DNA of 64,000 nt from an uncultured virus (IMG/VR IMGVR_UViG_3300028800_000075) (IMGVR_UViG_3300028800_000075), one strand, 5' to 3'; shown: positions 30,938 through 40,733, counted from the first letter of the stretch. Numbers and translations: made by a program. Notes: a model not told the origin generated them from the letters alone.

Positions 30938-31114
30938 ATGACTAACGTAGAGTGCGACCATCGTTGCAAGCCTTTGGCAAATGATCATCCTGATCGACCT
31001 GGGAAAAAGTTCGAGTGCTGTTTATGCGGTGAATTGTTTGAAGAAGTGTGCAAACCAATTGCTATACAGCCTCAATTCAAGATGCACGTCGGCGCGCCAA
31101 ATAACAAGCCATGA
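30938..31114 (+). CDS. Small Cys-rich ORF (58 aa), not in ORF track
   Basis: MTNVECDHRC...FECCLCGE...; TAAGAT 6 nt upstream; ATGA overlap with GIY-YIG gene. Confidence 0.6.
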   Translation: MTNVECDHRCKPLANDHPDRPGKKFECCLCGELFEEVCKPIAIQPQFKMHVGAPNNKP

Positions 31115-31845
31115 TCGTCTACTTGGTCCGCAATCGCCTGAATGGGAAGGGCTACGTGGGGGTGACGAAGTATACGCTTGAATGGCGATGGAAAGAACAT
31201 TTGAGTGATGCCCGATGTGGCAGTAAGTTGGCGTTTCACTGTGCCATTCGTAAGTGGGGTGTTGACGCCTTTGAATTGTCGATCATTGAAACGTTGAGTG
31301 AGAGTGCATCACTTGTAGATCTTGACGTCGCCGAAAGACGGTGGGTTAAAGATCTCGACACTTTTGGTAAGAACGGTTATAACATGACACCTGGTGGTCG
31401 TGTTGGGGGTGGTTGGGTGAAGGGTTATGTTGTCAAACAATCAACAAGAGAGAAACTTTCCTTAAGTCGTCGTGGTAAGAAGAATTCACTTGAACAGAAT
31501 GTTTTAATTACCACTGGGGTTCGCGCGTATTACGCTACACACGATGGTCCCAACAAGGATAAACCGTGGAGTGATGAGACACGATTGAAAAATATGGTCA
31601 TCAGACACCCACGTAAAAAGCCCGTGTTTGGTTACAATGAAATTGGAGAGTGTGTGATTGCTTACTTGTCGATAGATGATGCTGTCGAAGCGACGGGATT
31701 GAGTTATCGTACATTGACAGGCAATCGAAAGAAGTACAAACTCAAGTACGTGGACGGGATTACTTACCGTCGTAGCAAGTTGACGATCGCTGAACTGAAA
31801 GAAGAAGGTAGACCCCATGGGCTGGCTCGACAATTCGACGAATAA
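31111..31845 (+). mobile_element. Free-standing GIY-YIG homing endonuclease
   Basis: IVYLVRNRLNGKGYVGVT, RWKEH, GYNMTPGG, NUMOD-like C-terminus. Confidence 0.9.
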
Positions 31846-32533
31846 CTTGATTCTTGATGCTTGTCTCACTGACGTGGGCCGTCAATTCCTCGCTCGCAAC
31901 GATGGCTCCTTCGCGGTGCACAAGTACGCGCTCGGCGATGACGAAGTCAACTACGGTATCATCACGAAATACGGCCGAACTGTGGGAGCCGAAAAGATCG
32001 AAAAGAACACCCCCATCTTCGAGGCGCTGACCAACCAAGCCATCGCCCAGAAGTATAGGTTGATCTCCGTCTCCAATCCCAACCTGCTGTACATGCCCCT
32101 ATTGTCCCTGACGGGTGATGCCAACGTTGACGGCCTCAACGAGCTGGTGACGCTGGGCCTCAACACGCAGCAGACGGCGGCTGTCACCGTGCAGCAGACT
32201 ATTCAGAATGAGACGACGATCGACGTGGAACTACGCGACCAGACGTTCCTGCTCGACGTGCCCAACCTCTTCGTGCAGATCCTGAAGAACACTCCTGAGA
32301 ACATCGACGGCAACCAGCGGGCGACATATGTCCTGACCAGGTCGCCGGCGGAGAACTCCTACGGTGGTTCGTCAGTGCAATTCACGATGTCAGTCAAGAG
32401 CTTGACCAATGCGTTGTTTCAGGTCTACGGGACGACGGCCGACAAGACCTTGATCAAGGCGTTCATGAAGGTGACGGGTGTTCAGAGCGGCGCGGTTCAA
32501 GAGATAGGAATTGTCATCAATCAAAACCTCTAA
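31817..32533 (+). CDS. Putative virion (baseplate/tail) protein
   Basis: MGWLDN..ILDACLTDVGRQFLA..YALGDDEVNY; paralog of 21304. Confidence 0.7.
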   Translation: MGWLDNSTNNLILDACLTDVGRQFLARNDGSFAVHKYALGDDEVNYGIITKYGRTVGAEKIEKNTPIFEALTNQAIAQKYRLISVSNPNLLYMPLLSLTGDANVDGLNELVTLGLNTQQTAAVTVQQTIQNETTIDVELRDQTFLLDVPNLFVQILKNTPENIDGNQRATYVLTRSPAENSYGGSSVQFTMSVKSLTNALFQVYGTTADKTLIKAFMKVTGVQSGAVQEIGIVINQNL

Positions 32534-32570
32534 GAGGTGTAGATCGTACCCTTAAGTGGTATGATCAGTT

Positions 32571-33473
32571 GTGTACGTCAAGACGATTGAAGAACTGTTC
32601 ATTGATAAACGCTGGGGTCACCCTAGAGCCCGCCACATTGACGTGTATGCATGTGATGAGTGTGGCGCAGAGCACATGACATCTCACAGGGCAGCGCATG
32701 CTACTAGCGCTGCATTGACGTTCTGTTCGCGTGATTGCAGTAAGCGTTCGAGATCAAGTGGAAAGTTAGCGCAGAAGTGTGTGGATGTTAGGGTTGAGCG
32801 GTACGGCGTTGAATACTCGTCGCAAGTACCCGGTGCGACAGAAAAGATGATTGTGACGAGGGTTGAGAGAACTGGGGCACTTGCGCCGTCAGATCCTACA
32901 TCATCATCGAATGTCAAGTTCAAGCAGACGATGATGGAGAGGCACGGTGCCGATCACCCGTCGAATGCCATTGGCGTCAAGGCGAAGAAGTTAGAGACGT
33001 ACCGCGAGAGGTACGGTGTTGATAGCCCGTTCAGTGCGGGATCACCGTTCAGATTATCAAGTGAAGAATTGAGAGTTGCAGGTCAAAAAGGGTATCGATC
33101 TACAGCGAGACAAGAGAACGGATGGATTGTGTCAAAGCCTGAGCAAGCATTAGTTGAGTTTCTGCGAATGAGGTATGGTAACGTTGAACAACAAGCTCTC
33201 GTTGAACACGGGACACGTAAATGCTGGTTGATTGATGCGTACGTATGCAGCATTGACACATATGTGCAGCTTGATGGTGAGTTCTGGCATGGTCTCGATA
33301 AACCCTACGAAGATCTACACCCGACCAGTAAGAGGGCTTATGATGCCGACCGGGCGCAAGATGAATGGTTCAGAACACATGGACGCAGATTAGTTAGGAT
33401 AACCGACAAGGAACTGATCATGTGCAATAAACTCAACGACTGGTCAACAGTTCTCCAACGATTGGAGGGGTAA
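32571..33473 (+). mobile_element. Free-standing Vsr/DUF559-like (EDxHD-type) homing endonuclease
   Basis: CDECG/FCSRDC, ERYGV repeats, SKPE..IDAY..VQLDGEFWHG..DRAQD..LVRI; own -10 TATGAT. Confidence 0.8.
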
Positions 33474-33477
33474 TCCC

Positions 33478-34722
33478 ATCGCAACCTTCAAAGAAGTCCT
33501 CCCGTCAGACATCAAGGTGGCTCGTTCGTTTCTGAACCAGCTCATCGACGTCCTGCAACAGGACATCAGCGGGTCGGTGTCTCGCCGCAAGTACCAAGTC
33601 TTCGTCACTGGGGGCATCGGACCTGGTGTGACGAGCTCTCTCTTTCAAACCGTCTATGACTCGGACTTCACGCTCCAGACCGCCAACGCCATCTTCGACA
33701 TGACGGTGGGCCTAGGCCCCGGCGGCACTACGGAGCTGACGAGCCAGACGGGCGTCGACGCCGCGGGCAAGGAACTATTCCCCAGCTCCAGCCTGATGGT
33801 ACGCGAGAAGATGGACGTCTACCGCCAGTTCGCGCAGTCGCTATTAGGCAATGCAACGACCACTTTCACCTCGCCGCTCAACAGCAGCAATCCATCGGAC
33901 AACATCGACGTGGCGCTGTTCATCGCCTTCAAGCGGTTGTTCGCACGTGACAGCATCAAGCGCGAGACGTTTGCGATGCGGTTCTTTCAGACGGCGTCGG
34001 CCGTCGGCCCATCGGGACAGAATGAGCCCCCGACTGCAGGCCCGGTCGGCGACGTCGGATGGATCACCAACCTCAACGTCAATTCGACCGTCGGCTCGGC
34101 GATTTACACCGACATCGGCGCCGCGACCAATAAGCTGTCGACGTTCGGGGGCCAGGTCGGCAACATTGTCGACAGCGCCAACACCACCCGTAACGTGGGC
34201 CTGATGTTCTATGATCGCGGCATCCTCGTCCTTGACATGGCCAAGGTGACCAGCGGCAGCCAGTTCGTGTCGGGCACCATCGACGCCATGGCAGCGCTGG
34301 GCAACCAGACGTTGGGTGCCAAGGGGACGGAGACCAAGTGGAAGTCAGCGTTCATCCCTGACTTCGTCGTCAGTGCGTCGATTGATAACATCATCGACCA
34401 CGTCGCCGGTTGCAGGATGGGCTCAGGCAGCAACACCGCCATCACCTTCCAGAACATCACCAACATCAATTCGAGCCTGATCTTCTGTCGGGCGGGCGCA
34501 GACGAGTTCAATTACTCGTCGAACCCAACATACACAGACACCTCCAACCGGATCGTGGTAATTGACGTGGGTCAGGAAGACACGCAGCAGAGCTTCACCT
34601 ACATCACGAGCGTTGGCCTCTATGACGCCAACGACAATCTCCTCGCCGTCGCCAAACTCAGTCGCCCGGTGCAGAAGAACAGTGAACGAGATCTGACGCT
34701 ACGCCTCCGCCTCGACTTCTGA
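33478..34722 (+). CDS. Putative virion (tail/baseplate) protein; probable non-AUG (ATC) start
   Basis: C-terminal YITSVGLYDANDNLLAVAKLSRPVQK..RLDF; GGAGG 9 nt before in-frame ATC-GCA-ACC-TTC-AAA. Confidence 0.75.
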   Translation: MATFKEVLPSDIKVARSFLNQLIDVLQQDISGSVSRRKYQVFVTGGIGPGVTSSLFQTVYDSDFTLQTANAIFDMTVGLGPGGTTELTSQTGVDAAGKELFPSSSLMVREKMDVYRQFAQSLLGNATTTFTSPLNSSNPSDNIDVALFIAFKRLFARDSIKRETFAMRFFQTASAVGPSGQNEPPTAGPVGDVGWITNLNVNSTVGSAIYTDIGAATNKLSTFGGQVGNIVDSANTTRNVGLMFYDRGILVLDMAKVTSGSQFVSGTIDAMAALGNQTLGAKGTETKWKSAFIPDFVVSASIDNIIDHVAGCRMGSGSNTAITFQNITNINSSLIFCRAGADEFNYSSNPTYTDTSNRIVVIDVGQEDTQQSFTYITSVGLYDANDNLLAVAKLSRPVQKNSERDLTLRLRLDF

Positions 34723-34796
34723 TCCTCGCGCGCCTTTGGTCGGTTCTTCATGTTTGGGGAATCGTGGTGTAGGGTAGTTAGAGAGTACAGCGACCG

Positions 34797-37346
34797 ATGC
34801 CCTCGATCTATCCGTTCGATCCCACTGACCTTGAAACGTTCACCGTCGTCACCAACCCGGTGCGCACGTACACGTCGAGTTCGACGCAGGGCTCCACAGG
34901 TTCGATCTACGTCTATCCGCGTCACTCGTTGATCCAGAAGGACATTCAGCCCGATTCTTCGTTCACCGAGGCGGCCCACGATGATGCCGATCTGTCGTCG
35001 TTGCTGCACCAAGTGCAGATGTCAGCCAAAGTCAGTGCCAATGCCATCACCCACGCCGGTGCCTTGGTCAGTGGCAGCCTCACCAGCCTGCTGACGCAGT
35101 ACATGGCAGGCTGCGCCACACAGGGGCAAGCCGAGCGCCTGAAGGTCAAGCTTGACATCGTCAGGTTTTCTCCTCCTCCCGCGTTCAACAGCAACACCCT
35201 ACGCAAGTTGATCATCAAGGACCAACTCAACACGTTCTATCGACCCACCTACCCGACGGCACACTGGGCCTACACCAACTACAACACCCTCAACTTCTTC
35301 ACCGCGTCGATGGTGCCCACGTCGTCGGTGTTGCTGTACCCGAACATCGGTGGGGGCAACGGAGGCCTCGTCGTCAACAAGGGCCATGCCAGCGGCACCT
35401 ACACGCCGAGTGGCTCCTTCAGCTTTGACTTCTACATCAATCCGCGGTACCAACAGGACGCGCCCAACAAGCCCTTCAAGGCGGGCACCATCCTCCACTT
35501 ATCATCGACCTTTGCCCTATCGCTGGTCACGGGTTCAGGCGTCGACTACACTGGCCGTAGCGTGGGCTTTCGCCTGCAGCTACAGTTGAGCCAGTCGGCT
35601 GACATTGCACCGTCGACGGCGGTGCCGGGCCCGTACCCGTCAGACCTCATCTTCCTGTCCAACGACAATAGCCTGCAGTGGAACCACTGGCACCATGTCG
35701 TCGTCAGGTGGGGCACCAACCAGATCAACAACGGCGTCGGCACTTTCAATGTCGATGGCCTCGACGTCGGCACCTTCACAGTTCCATCATCGACGATTTC
35801 ACCTGCAGCGTCGACGTTCTCACAAACCAGCAGCCTGGCCAACCCTGACGTCATGTGCCTGGGCAACTTCTACGAGGGGCCCAACACCAACGGCAACCCG
35901 ATGGGTGCCTTCTTTGCGTTCGATCCCGCCAACCGCGACGGCCTGCAGGTGATGTACGCCGAATACGGCGTCGCTGCACCTCCGAGTTACTTCTTTAGGC
36001 ACCCGCTCAATGCCGAGCTTCACGACGTCGCCATCCGTCGCTGCTACATGTCAGACACTGACATTGCCTTCAGCGCCAGCATCGGGCCCACCTTCCTTGA
36101 CAACACTTTCTCATTCTATGTGCCGCCCTTCTTCGTCGAGCAATCGCCATATCGCCAGTTTGTGGGTGACCATGGCGGCCTCCTCATCACCCCCTTTGAA
36201 GAGATCGACGGTGCCTCAACGACACCCTTCAGCGTCGCACTGTCGTTCGGCGTCGCGGGTCACTACATCAACCTTGAGAACTTTGGTAAGGACTTGGGTT
36301 CACAGGTCTTTCCGTTGCTACATCACCTGACAGGCGTTGCCATTCAGACGTCGACTAGTGCGGAGACGTGTAATGACTTCCTGTACTCGCAACCCTTCGT
36401 TGCCAAGCGCAACCTGACGATCCTACCTTGCGACGACGGCAATTTCGTTCCCAGCTTTCAATTGCTGGTGTCGGAGGGATTGGCCCGCGCCGTCGATGAC
36501 CTGGGCCTCGATGAGCTCAGCTTCATCAACCTCGACAACATGATCTCGACGGCGACGCTGATGTTCGGCGCGGGGGCCTTCGACGACGGCACGCAGCCCG
36601 ATGTGCAGGTCAATGCCTTTGCCAACATCCAGCTGGGCGCGACGCCTGAGACGCCTTTCACCGCGGCGGGCCCGGCAACGTTGAACTACATCAACACTGC
36701 ACAGTCGGGCAGTGACGTCGAGTTCGGTGCGCCGCTGACGGTCTTTCAACGCACGCAGGATCCGTCGTCGAATGAAGTCGTCGTCTTTGACATCAGCAAC
36801 CTGTACTACGGTTTCAGGATCAGCCCGGGTACGCTGACATTCAGTGAACCCGATCTGATGCGATCGAGCCTGTTGGGCTCGCAGCATGATATTACGCAAC
36901 CCAACACGCGTGGGCCCATCTCGATTAACTTGGCCGATGATGGGCGTGGCAACGTGTACCGGGCAGATTGCTTGACGCCACAGGCAACGTGGAACTCGGT
37001 GGGCAATGTGTATTACGACGAGGGTCTGGTGCTGCTCAAGAGCCCTCACCTGTACTTCTATGGCCTCAATCAATTCGGCACCAACTTCAGGGGTGAGCAG
37101 CACGTGCACGTCATGAAGCTTGATGCCTTTGCGCCGAGCAATCAATTGAACAGCTCGAGCAATCCCAACTACGCGTCGGTGCCTCCGACGGGCTATCCGA
37201 ATGACCCCGAGGACAACTTCGTCTACATCACCAACCTGTACTTCCACGACCGTGACTTAAATGTGGTGATGAAGACGGCACTCGCTCAACCCATCGCGAA
37301 AAGGCCGGGGGATAAAGTCCTCTTTAAGATCAAGTACGACTTCTAA
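34797..37346 (+). CDS. Putative virion protein with a LamG/concanavalin-like domain
   Basis: SFSFDFYINP, WNHWHHVVVRW; C-terminus YITNLYFHD..AQPIAKR..KYDF paralogous to 33478. Confidence 0.75.
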   Translation: MPSIYPFDPTDLETFTVVTNPVRTYTSSSTQGSTGSIYVYPRHSLIQKDIQPDSSFTEAAHDDADLSSLLHQVQMSAKVSANAITHAGALVSGSLTSLLTQYMAGCATQGQAERLKVKLDIVRFSPPPAFNSNTLRKLIIKDQLNTFYRPTYPTAHWAYTNYNTLNFFTASMVPTSSVLLYPNIGGGNGGLVVNKGHASGTYTPSGSFSFDFYINPRYQQDAPNKPFKAGTILHLSSTFALSLVTGSGVDYTGRSVGFRLQLQLSQSADIAPSTAVPGPYPSDLIFLSNDNSLQWNHWHHVVVRWGTNQINNGVGTFNVDGLDVGTFTVPSSTISPAASTFSQTSSLANPDVMCLGNFYEGPNTNGNPMGAFFAFDPANRDGLQVMYAEYGVAAPPSYFFRHPLNAELHDVAIRRCYMSDTDIAFSASIGPTFLDNTFSFYVPPFFVEQSPYRQFVGDHGGLLITPFEEIDGASTTPFSVALSFGVAGHYINLENFGKDLGSQVFPLLHHLTGVAIQTSTSAETCNDFLYSQPFVAKRNLTILPCDDGNFVPSFQLLVSEGLARAVDDLGLDELSFINLDNMISTATLMFGAGAFDDGTQPDVQVNAFANIQLGATPETPFTAAGPATLNYINTAQSGSDVEFGAPLTVFQRTQDPSSNEVVVFDISNLYYGFRISPGTLTFSEPDLMRSSLLGSQHDITQPNTRGPISINLADDGRGNVYRADCLTPQATWNSVGNVYYDEGLVLLKSPHLYFYGLNQFGTNFRGEQHVHVMKLDAFAPSNQLNSSSNPNYASVPPTGYPNDPEDNFVYITNLYFHDRDLNVVMKTALAQPIAKRPGDKVLFKIKYDF

Positions 37347-37363
37347 GTTGTTGATATCATTGA
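37344..37363 (-). promoter_or_regulatory. IHF-consensus site (copy 1 of a 20-bp element)
   Basis: Reverse complement TCAATGATATCAACAACTTA contains WATCAANNNNTTR. Confidence 0.6.
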
Positions 37364-37454
37364 CTTTTAAGTGAGTTGACTACATTCACGTTAATTCGAT
37401 CATGATCTTCATCGACGACCATAGTTAAGATCGACAAGAAAGTTGGTTGATCTC

Positions 37455-37607
37455 ATGAACATTCTCTGGATTCTGTGCTGCATTATCTTCGTGATGTGGC
37501 TATTGGGCTTTGTGTTCTTCCCCATCGCCGGCGGGTTCATTCACCTGCTGTTGCTCGTCATCGTCGTGTTGGTCATCGTCCGCCTGTTGCAAGGCCGCGG
37601 CGTCTAA
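37455..37607 (+). CDS. lmo0937-like small membrane protein (50 aa), not in ORF track
   Basis: MNILWILCCIIFVMWLLGFVFFPIAGGFIHLLLLVIVVLVIVRLLQGRGV: WLLG..GGFIH..RLLQGR signature. Confidence 0.8.
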   Translation: MNILWILCCIIFVMWLLGFVFFPIAGGFIHLLLLVIVVLVIVRLLQGRGV

Positions 37608-37643
37608 CCATCCCCATCGCAGCTCGTCGGACCTATTTACCTC

Positions 37644-37883
37644 ATGCGTATTAGGTTCGGCGAGCTCAAGCGACTGATCGGCGAGGCCAACCGCAACCGG
37701 CGCACGGGCCAGTATTCCTACGAGGCCAACTTCGAGCGCCTCTGCACCTGCGGTCACCCGTTGGCCGTCCACGCCGGCGACGCGCCACACCCGTGTTTCA
37801 ATGATGATACCGGCATTGCAGGTGCGACGGGTGAAGACTGCACCTGTGAAAGGTTCAGGCCCATCCGTGGCAAAAAAGCGTAA
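37644..37883 (+). CDS. Small Cys/His Zn-binding protein with LKRLIGEA leader
   Basis: CTCGH..H..C..CTC; CTATTTA 4 nt before ATG. Confidence 0.75.
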   Translation: MRIRFGELKRLIGEANRNRRTGQYSYEANFERLCTCGHPLAVHAGDAPHPCFNDDTGIAGATGEDCTCERFRPIRGKKA

Positions 37884-38268
37884 GCGTAAGCGTAAGGGCC
37901 ACTACCATACCGGCGTTCACGCGTCTCCCAAGACGGGCCTGACGTGTAAATACCGCTCGGGTTGGGAAAGTTCGTACATGCAGTACCTCGACGCGTCGCC
38001 CGACGTCATCACCTGGGCCTATGAGTCGATCGTCATCCCGTACGTCAGCAACAAGAAGACGGGCAAGCTGCGCAACTATCACCCCGACTTCCTCGTCACC
38101 TACGCCGACGGCCACATCGAACTCGTCGAGGTGAAACCCGCTAGACGGGTGCACCAGGTCAAGGTGGCCAAGAAGTTGTTGGCGGCGGGTGACTGGGCTC
38201 GGGCCCACGGCGTCGCACTGGTCGTCATCACCGAGGTTGAATTGAAGCAACTTGGCCTATTGAAGTAG
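37867..38268 (+). CDS. Head completion nuclease (T4 gp4 / TnsA-N-like)
   Basis: YRSGWE..LD..W.YE.IVIPY..YHPDF..LVEVKP..VITE. Confidence 0.85.
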   Translation: MAKKRKRKRKGHYHTGVHASPKTGLTCKYRSGWESSYMQYLDASPDVITWAYESIVIPYVSNKKTGKLRNYHPDFLVTYADGHIELVEVKPARRVHQVKVAKKLLAAGDWARAHGVALVVITEVELKQLGLLK

Positions 38269-38298
38269 TGAAGTCTCGGGCCATTGGGTGGGATAAGT

Positions 38299-38919
38299 AT
38301 GGGGGTGAGCAATCTCCTACGTGACTATGTCAACTTGCTCGTCGAAGCGCGTCAGCCGTTCGATCTCAAGGTCTTCCGAGGATTGACCGAGGACGACGCT
38401 GTGGAATACCTCGACTTTCACGCCAAGGTGCTGGGGTCGGGCGCGGGCAGGACGGTCTACGACGTGGGCCGTGGGTGGGTCATCAAGTGGGCGTACAACG
38501 CCAATGGCATTGAGCAGAACAGGGACGAGGCCTCTCGACGCAAGTGTGCAGCGCCTAATGCTCCCATCGTCCACGTGTTGGTGAAGGCGCCCAACTACCA
38601 GTGGGTCATCTCCAACAAGGTCAAGCCCGTGGTGGGTGCTTCCCTCGGGCGCGCCCTGAAGGCGACCGTCGGCATGTCTGACACTAGTGACCTAATGTTC
38701 ATCATTGAGACGAGCATTCATCAAGCGGAGGGGTATGAACTCGGGATTGATGACGCCGAAGCTCTTCGTGCCCATGAACGCCTGTATCACACTAATGAGT
38801 GGTACCGGGCACTGTACGACACCGTCAAGGCCTGCAAGATTAATCCCATGGAACTTCATGATGACAACTGGGGTCTCGATGACAAGGGCAGGTTGGTGTT
38901 GCTCGACACGGGAGGGTGA
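38299..38919 (+). CDS. Protein-kinase-like protein
   Basis: LGSGAGRTVY, VIK, QNRDE, ELHDDNWG, LVLLDTG. Confidence 0.75.
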   Translation: MGVSNLLRDYVNLLVEARQPFDLKVFRGLTEDDAVEYLDFHAKVLGSGAGRTVYDVGRGWVIKWAYNANGIEQNRDEASRRKCAAPNAPIVHVLVKAPNYQWVISNKVKPVVGASLGRALKATVGMSDTSDLMFIIETSIHQAEGYELGIDDAEALRAHERLYHTNEWYRALYDTVKACKINPMELHDDNWGLDDKGRLVLLDTGG

Positions 38920-38954
38920 CCTTTACAGGCGTCGCGTGAAGACCATGATCAGCC

Positions 38955-39644
38955 ATGAGCGTGATCTTGGGACTTGATGTAAGCACCAGCTGCACAGGAT
39001 TTTGTGTCATAGAGAGTGGCGCGTCGGCGGGTGACCACTACATGCTCGATCGAATTGAGTTTAAGAAATGTAAGACGCTGTGGGAGAAAACAGATGTGGT
39101 GCAGCGTGCATTCAAAGTCATCAGTGCCGAATTGTCTGCTCAATATCACATCTGCATTGACCGTGTCGTCGTCGAAGAGCCATTGATGGGCTTTCGCGCG
39201 GGAATGTCGTCGGCGCAGACGATCTCGACGCTGATGCGGTTCAATGGCATCACGTCGTACATCGCCCGTGATGTCTTTGGTGTCGATCCCGAGTACATCG
39301 GTGCCGCCCACGCCCGCAAATTATGTGGCGTCAAGCTCCAGAAGACGGCGATCGGCGGGCCCCAAAAGGAGCAAGTTTTCTCGTACATGAGTGAGCACGA
39401 CCTCCATGACGTCAAGTGGCCCGTGACCAAGACTGGCAAGCAGGTACTCTGGAGCCGCGACGCGACCGACGCCTACGTCATCGCTCGAGCAGCGGCAATC
39501 TGTGGGCCCATCGTGGTGACCAAGAAGCCCAAGAAGGTGCCAAAACCCCCGGGCGGGTGTGCCTACCCGTGCGAGCCTGGGTGTCCGGGCAAGCCCATGA
39601 AGGGCCTGACGATGTGCCGCAAGCACCAACCCTTCCCGGCTTGA
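38955..39644 (+). CDS. ruvC: RuvC-like Holliday junction resolvase
   Basis: ILGLDVSTSCTG, VVVEE, DATDAYVIA. Confidence 0.85.
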   Translation: MSVILGLDVSTSCTGFCVIESGASAGDHYMLDRIEFKKCKTLWEKTDVVQRAFKVISAELSAQYHICIDRVVVEEPLMGFRAGMSSAQTISTLMRFNGITSYIARDVFGVDPEYIGAAHARKLCGVKLQKTAIGGPQKEQVFSYMSEHDLHDVKWPVTKTGKQVLWSRDATDAYVIARAAAICGPIVVTKKPKKVPKPPGGCAYPCEPGCPGKPMKGLTMCRKHQPFPA

Positions 39645-39676
39645 ACCATTGACCTGATCTGGGTTACGATCGGCTC

Positions 39677-40663
39677 GTGCCCGTCGTCTCCGTGACCGAT
39701 CGCGTCAAGTTCATCGAAAGCGTCTTCGGTCTCGGGCGCCTGGCACGCAATGGCCGCAATTTCGACGTGCGCTGCCCGGTCTGTGCACCCAAGGACGTGT
39801 CGAAGAAGAAGCTGGCCATCCTATTAGAGGATGATCAGTGGCACTGTTGGACGTGCGGCGCGCGCGGTCACAGCCTGTGGTCGTTGGTCAGGAAGTACGG
39901 TACCCGTGACCAATTGCTCGAGTATCGCGATCGGTTCATGCCTGCCGACAAGCGGGATCACCGGTGCCTTGACATTGTCATCGTCGATGAGCCCTCAGGC
40001 GTAGAACTTCCTGATGACTTCAGGTTGCTGGCGACGTCGACGTCCCGAGACACCGATGTGCTGGCGCTGCGCAGGTACTTGACCCAACGCGGCATCACCC
40101 AACGTGACATGTGGTACTTCAAGTTGGGCTACAGCTCAGACTTCAGGTGGAAGCGCCGCGTCTTAGTGCCATCATTCGATGCGCGCGGTGCCCTCAACTA
40201 CTTCGTGGGCCGCGCCGTCGACAAGTTTCGCAAGCCCAAGTATGACGGCCCCGATGTGCCGCCTGGGTACAAGCTCCAGATCATCTTCAATGAGCTCAAC
40301 ATCGACTGGTCACAGGAGCTGGTGCTGTGCGAGGGCCCGTTCGACCTGATGAAGTGCCCTGACAACGCAGTGCCCTTATTGGGCAGTGACCTCAATGAGA
40401 CCAGCGCGCTGTTCAATGCCATCATCGTCAACAAGACGCCCGTCGCCTTGGCCCTCGACGCCGACATGCGGGTGAAGAAGACGCCGAAGTTGGCCCGCAA
40501 GCTGGCGGAGTTCGACGTGCCGGTGAGGATCGTCACGGTGCCGACCGACCCGGGTGACATGGCCAAGCGTGACTTCAGGCAGGCGTTGGTGACAGCGCGG
40601 CCCTTTAGTTGGGACGATGCTTTCATGGATCGGTTAGACGTAGCGGCACAGATCAGGTTGTGA
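39677..40663 (+). CDS. dnaG: DNA primase (Zn finger + TOPRIM)
   Basis: CPVC..WHCWTC; YFVGR; CEGPFD; ALDAD; DPG. Confidence 0.9.
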   Translation: MPVVSVTDRVKFIESVFGLGRLARNGRNFDVRCPVCAPKDVSKKKLAILLEDDQWHCWTCGARGHSLWSLVRKYGTRDQLLEYRDRFMPADKRDHRCLDIVIVDEPSGVELPDDFRLLATSTSRDTDVLALRRYLTQRGITQRDMWYFKLGYSSDFRWKRRVLVPSFDARGALNYFVGRAVDKFRKPKYDGPDVPPGYKLQIIFNELNIDWSQELVLCEGPFDLMKCPDNAVPLLGSDLNETSALFNAIIVNKTPVALALDADMRVKKTPKLARKLAEFDVPVRIVTVPTDPGDMAKRDFRQALVTARPFSWDDAFMDRLDVAAQIRL

Positions 40664-40733
40664 GGGTGCCCGCCGCCAACATCCATTGTACAGATCCTTT
40701 GCGGTGCTGTACTGATCTATAGAGAGTGCCTGC

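Noticed and set aside
32534..33477. Group I intron explanation for the endonuclease insert and missing ATG
   Set aside because: Only 37 nt and 4 nt of non-coding flank, no recognisable P7 core, and the upstream gene ends normally
37867..38268. TnsA-like ORF as a Tn7 transposon
   Set aside because: No tnsB/tnsC or terminal repeats; context fits a T4 gp4-like head completion nuclease
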